Assembly: GCA_020137815.1 (NCBI GenBank)
Contig: CM035360.1
Span: 2,294,001 to 2,358,000, forward strand
Direction of reading: 5' to 3'
Source of the DNA: Hormiphora californensis
Taxonomy: Eukaryota; Animalia; Ctenophora
Length of the DNA: 64,000 nt
Numbering within the stretch: position 1 is the stretch's first letter; each line of letters starts with the position of its first letter. This document shows positions 44,521-64,000 of the stretch, piece after piece. A program made the position numbers and the translations under genes. Below the pieces are notes generated by a model. It was not told the origin of the DNA, did no database searches, and was given only the letters and a program-made list of their open reading frames with translations.

Positions 44521-45231
44521 TCCCTTTGACTTCACGTCTAAACTATGACATTTCTCCCCTCTCCAACCGTATTTTTCTTTGTCTAGCTCGACCCTCTCTG
44601 TTGGGAAAAGTTTAGCTACCAGTTCGAAGAGTTCCTAGCTCTGTTAGGATAGTTCCATGGAGAAATCGGTCCAATCAAGTTGCATGCTGGATTTCCGTGT
44701 CCATGAGTAAAACCAGATGCAGATACGGATACTTCATTCTTCCTTATGCTAAATGCTCAGTGTATAATCAGCTAGTTCTAGTTGTTTAGTACTTACTCAA
44801 CAAGGTTCTAGTAGTAAGAAGACTGATTCTCACTGCATGGTAGTAAGAGGAATGATTCTCACACACTGGGTATTTGTTCCCTTCATTGGTAAAATCTGAA
44901 TATCCTGATTTACAGGTTGCTTTGTACACTACGTATCACGTGATATGCACATTGTCACGTGTTTTATTGATCACGTGTTGGCCGGTTGTAATTGGCAAAA
45001 TAGTAGGTCGGTCAGAGTGTAGAGCTCGTTGATTGGCCCAGATGCACCTCCCCTTTCTTCTCATTGGTTCATTAACCTCTCTCACTCTCTTTTTGGCTCT
45101 CTCCTTTTGACTCTCTCCCTCCACTTCTCTCTCCTCTTCTCTCTCCTCTTCTCCCGTAGCCACACGCTCCATATTTTCTACTCAGCCGAGGGTGAGTAGG
45201 AAACACTCCAACCTCTCTCTCTCTCTCTCTC

Positions 45232-45305
<74 letters not shown>

Positions 45306-46176
45306 GCTACGGCGAAGGAGTGTTTGTTAGGGAAGTAAGAATGGTTGCAGCTCTCTTCTTAATTAGCTGGCCCCGATTCCTCCGCACCCTGCAGAGTTTC
45401 GTACAAGCTCCGCCACTTCCCCTACCCCCAGTCTTGTATTCTATCCAACCTTATTTCTACTAATTTCCTACTTCCATCCCCCTCACACACAGTGTTACAA
45501 CTATTTTTAGTTTTCTTTTGTTCCGCGCCCACTGGATTTTTCATTACAAAGTTATTAGCGCTTAATAATAATATCATCAATATAGTGTAGTTGTGTGGCT
45601 CACGACGCATTTTATTTCAGGTTTCTTTACGTCAATAGGGGTGTTTTAGAAAAGTGGTTCCCTGTTTTTTTTCTCTGACCTCTTATCAATACATCAACTG
45701 TATATTTCCCTGAGATATCTTGGTGAATCCACCGGTCACTGCAATGCAGATATCAGTTCTGACAGTTGTTCTCACGTTATCTCTAAATCACTATCTTCTT
45801 CCTCTTTGATCAGTCTCATATTAACAGATTTCTTTCGAGTTGCTGCCTGATTAGTTTTCACTAATTGCGTTTAGTCTTCACACAGTTGTATCTTTACCGT
45901 TTTCGGCCATGACTTCTCTGGACTAACTATTGTTTGACCCCTATCTCCTCTGAACTCACTTCTTTTACCCCCCCCTTCTTTGAAATAACTATTTTTAACC
46001 CCCCCCCCTCCTCCGAGCGAACTACTGCCCCCTTTCCTCTCTACTGGCTACTTTTAACTAATTGTTAACCCCCACCCCTTCTCTCCCCAACTAGCGTGCC
46101 TGTTTTTTGAGTGTGTGTATCTTTTCAACTAAATTCTTCAACCCGGGACCCGTGTTATTCTCCTAATTTCTCTCAA

Positions 46177-63980
<17,804 letters not shown>

Positions 63981-64000
63981 TAATGAGACGTTGAATAAAA

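Overview
Eukaryotic, intron-rich, repeat-rich animal DNA, most likely ctenophore. This is an inference from a ctenophore-type spliced-leader sequence recalled from memory. Host genes on the + strand: U1 snRNP C (SNRPC), a reticulon-domain protein, an RS-rich RanBP2-zinc-finger protein, PRP4 kinase, and an RBM24/RBM38-type RRM gene spanning about 18 kb. Host genes on the - strand: a secreted protein made of 7 copies of a ~140-aa beta-rich module plus 4 Sushi/CCP exons, and a class A GPCR. Mobile DNA: a full-length CRE-clade non-LTR retrotransposon (PHD-RT-CCHC-RLE, 17-bp TSD), two copies of an RNase H-bearing I-group LINE, a probable Helitron fragment, tRNA-derived SINE heads, and many MITE/foldback elements with readable TSDs. 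The top observation is that the CRE element begins with what looks like the host spliced leader, suggesting a retrotransposon whose RNA 5' end is made by SL trans-splicing. Several genes contain single-base indels that are probably assembly errors.
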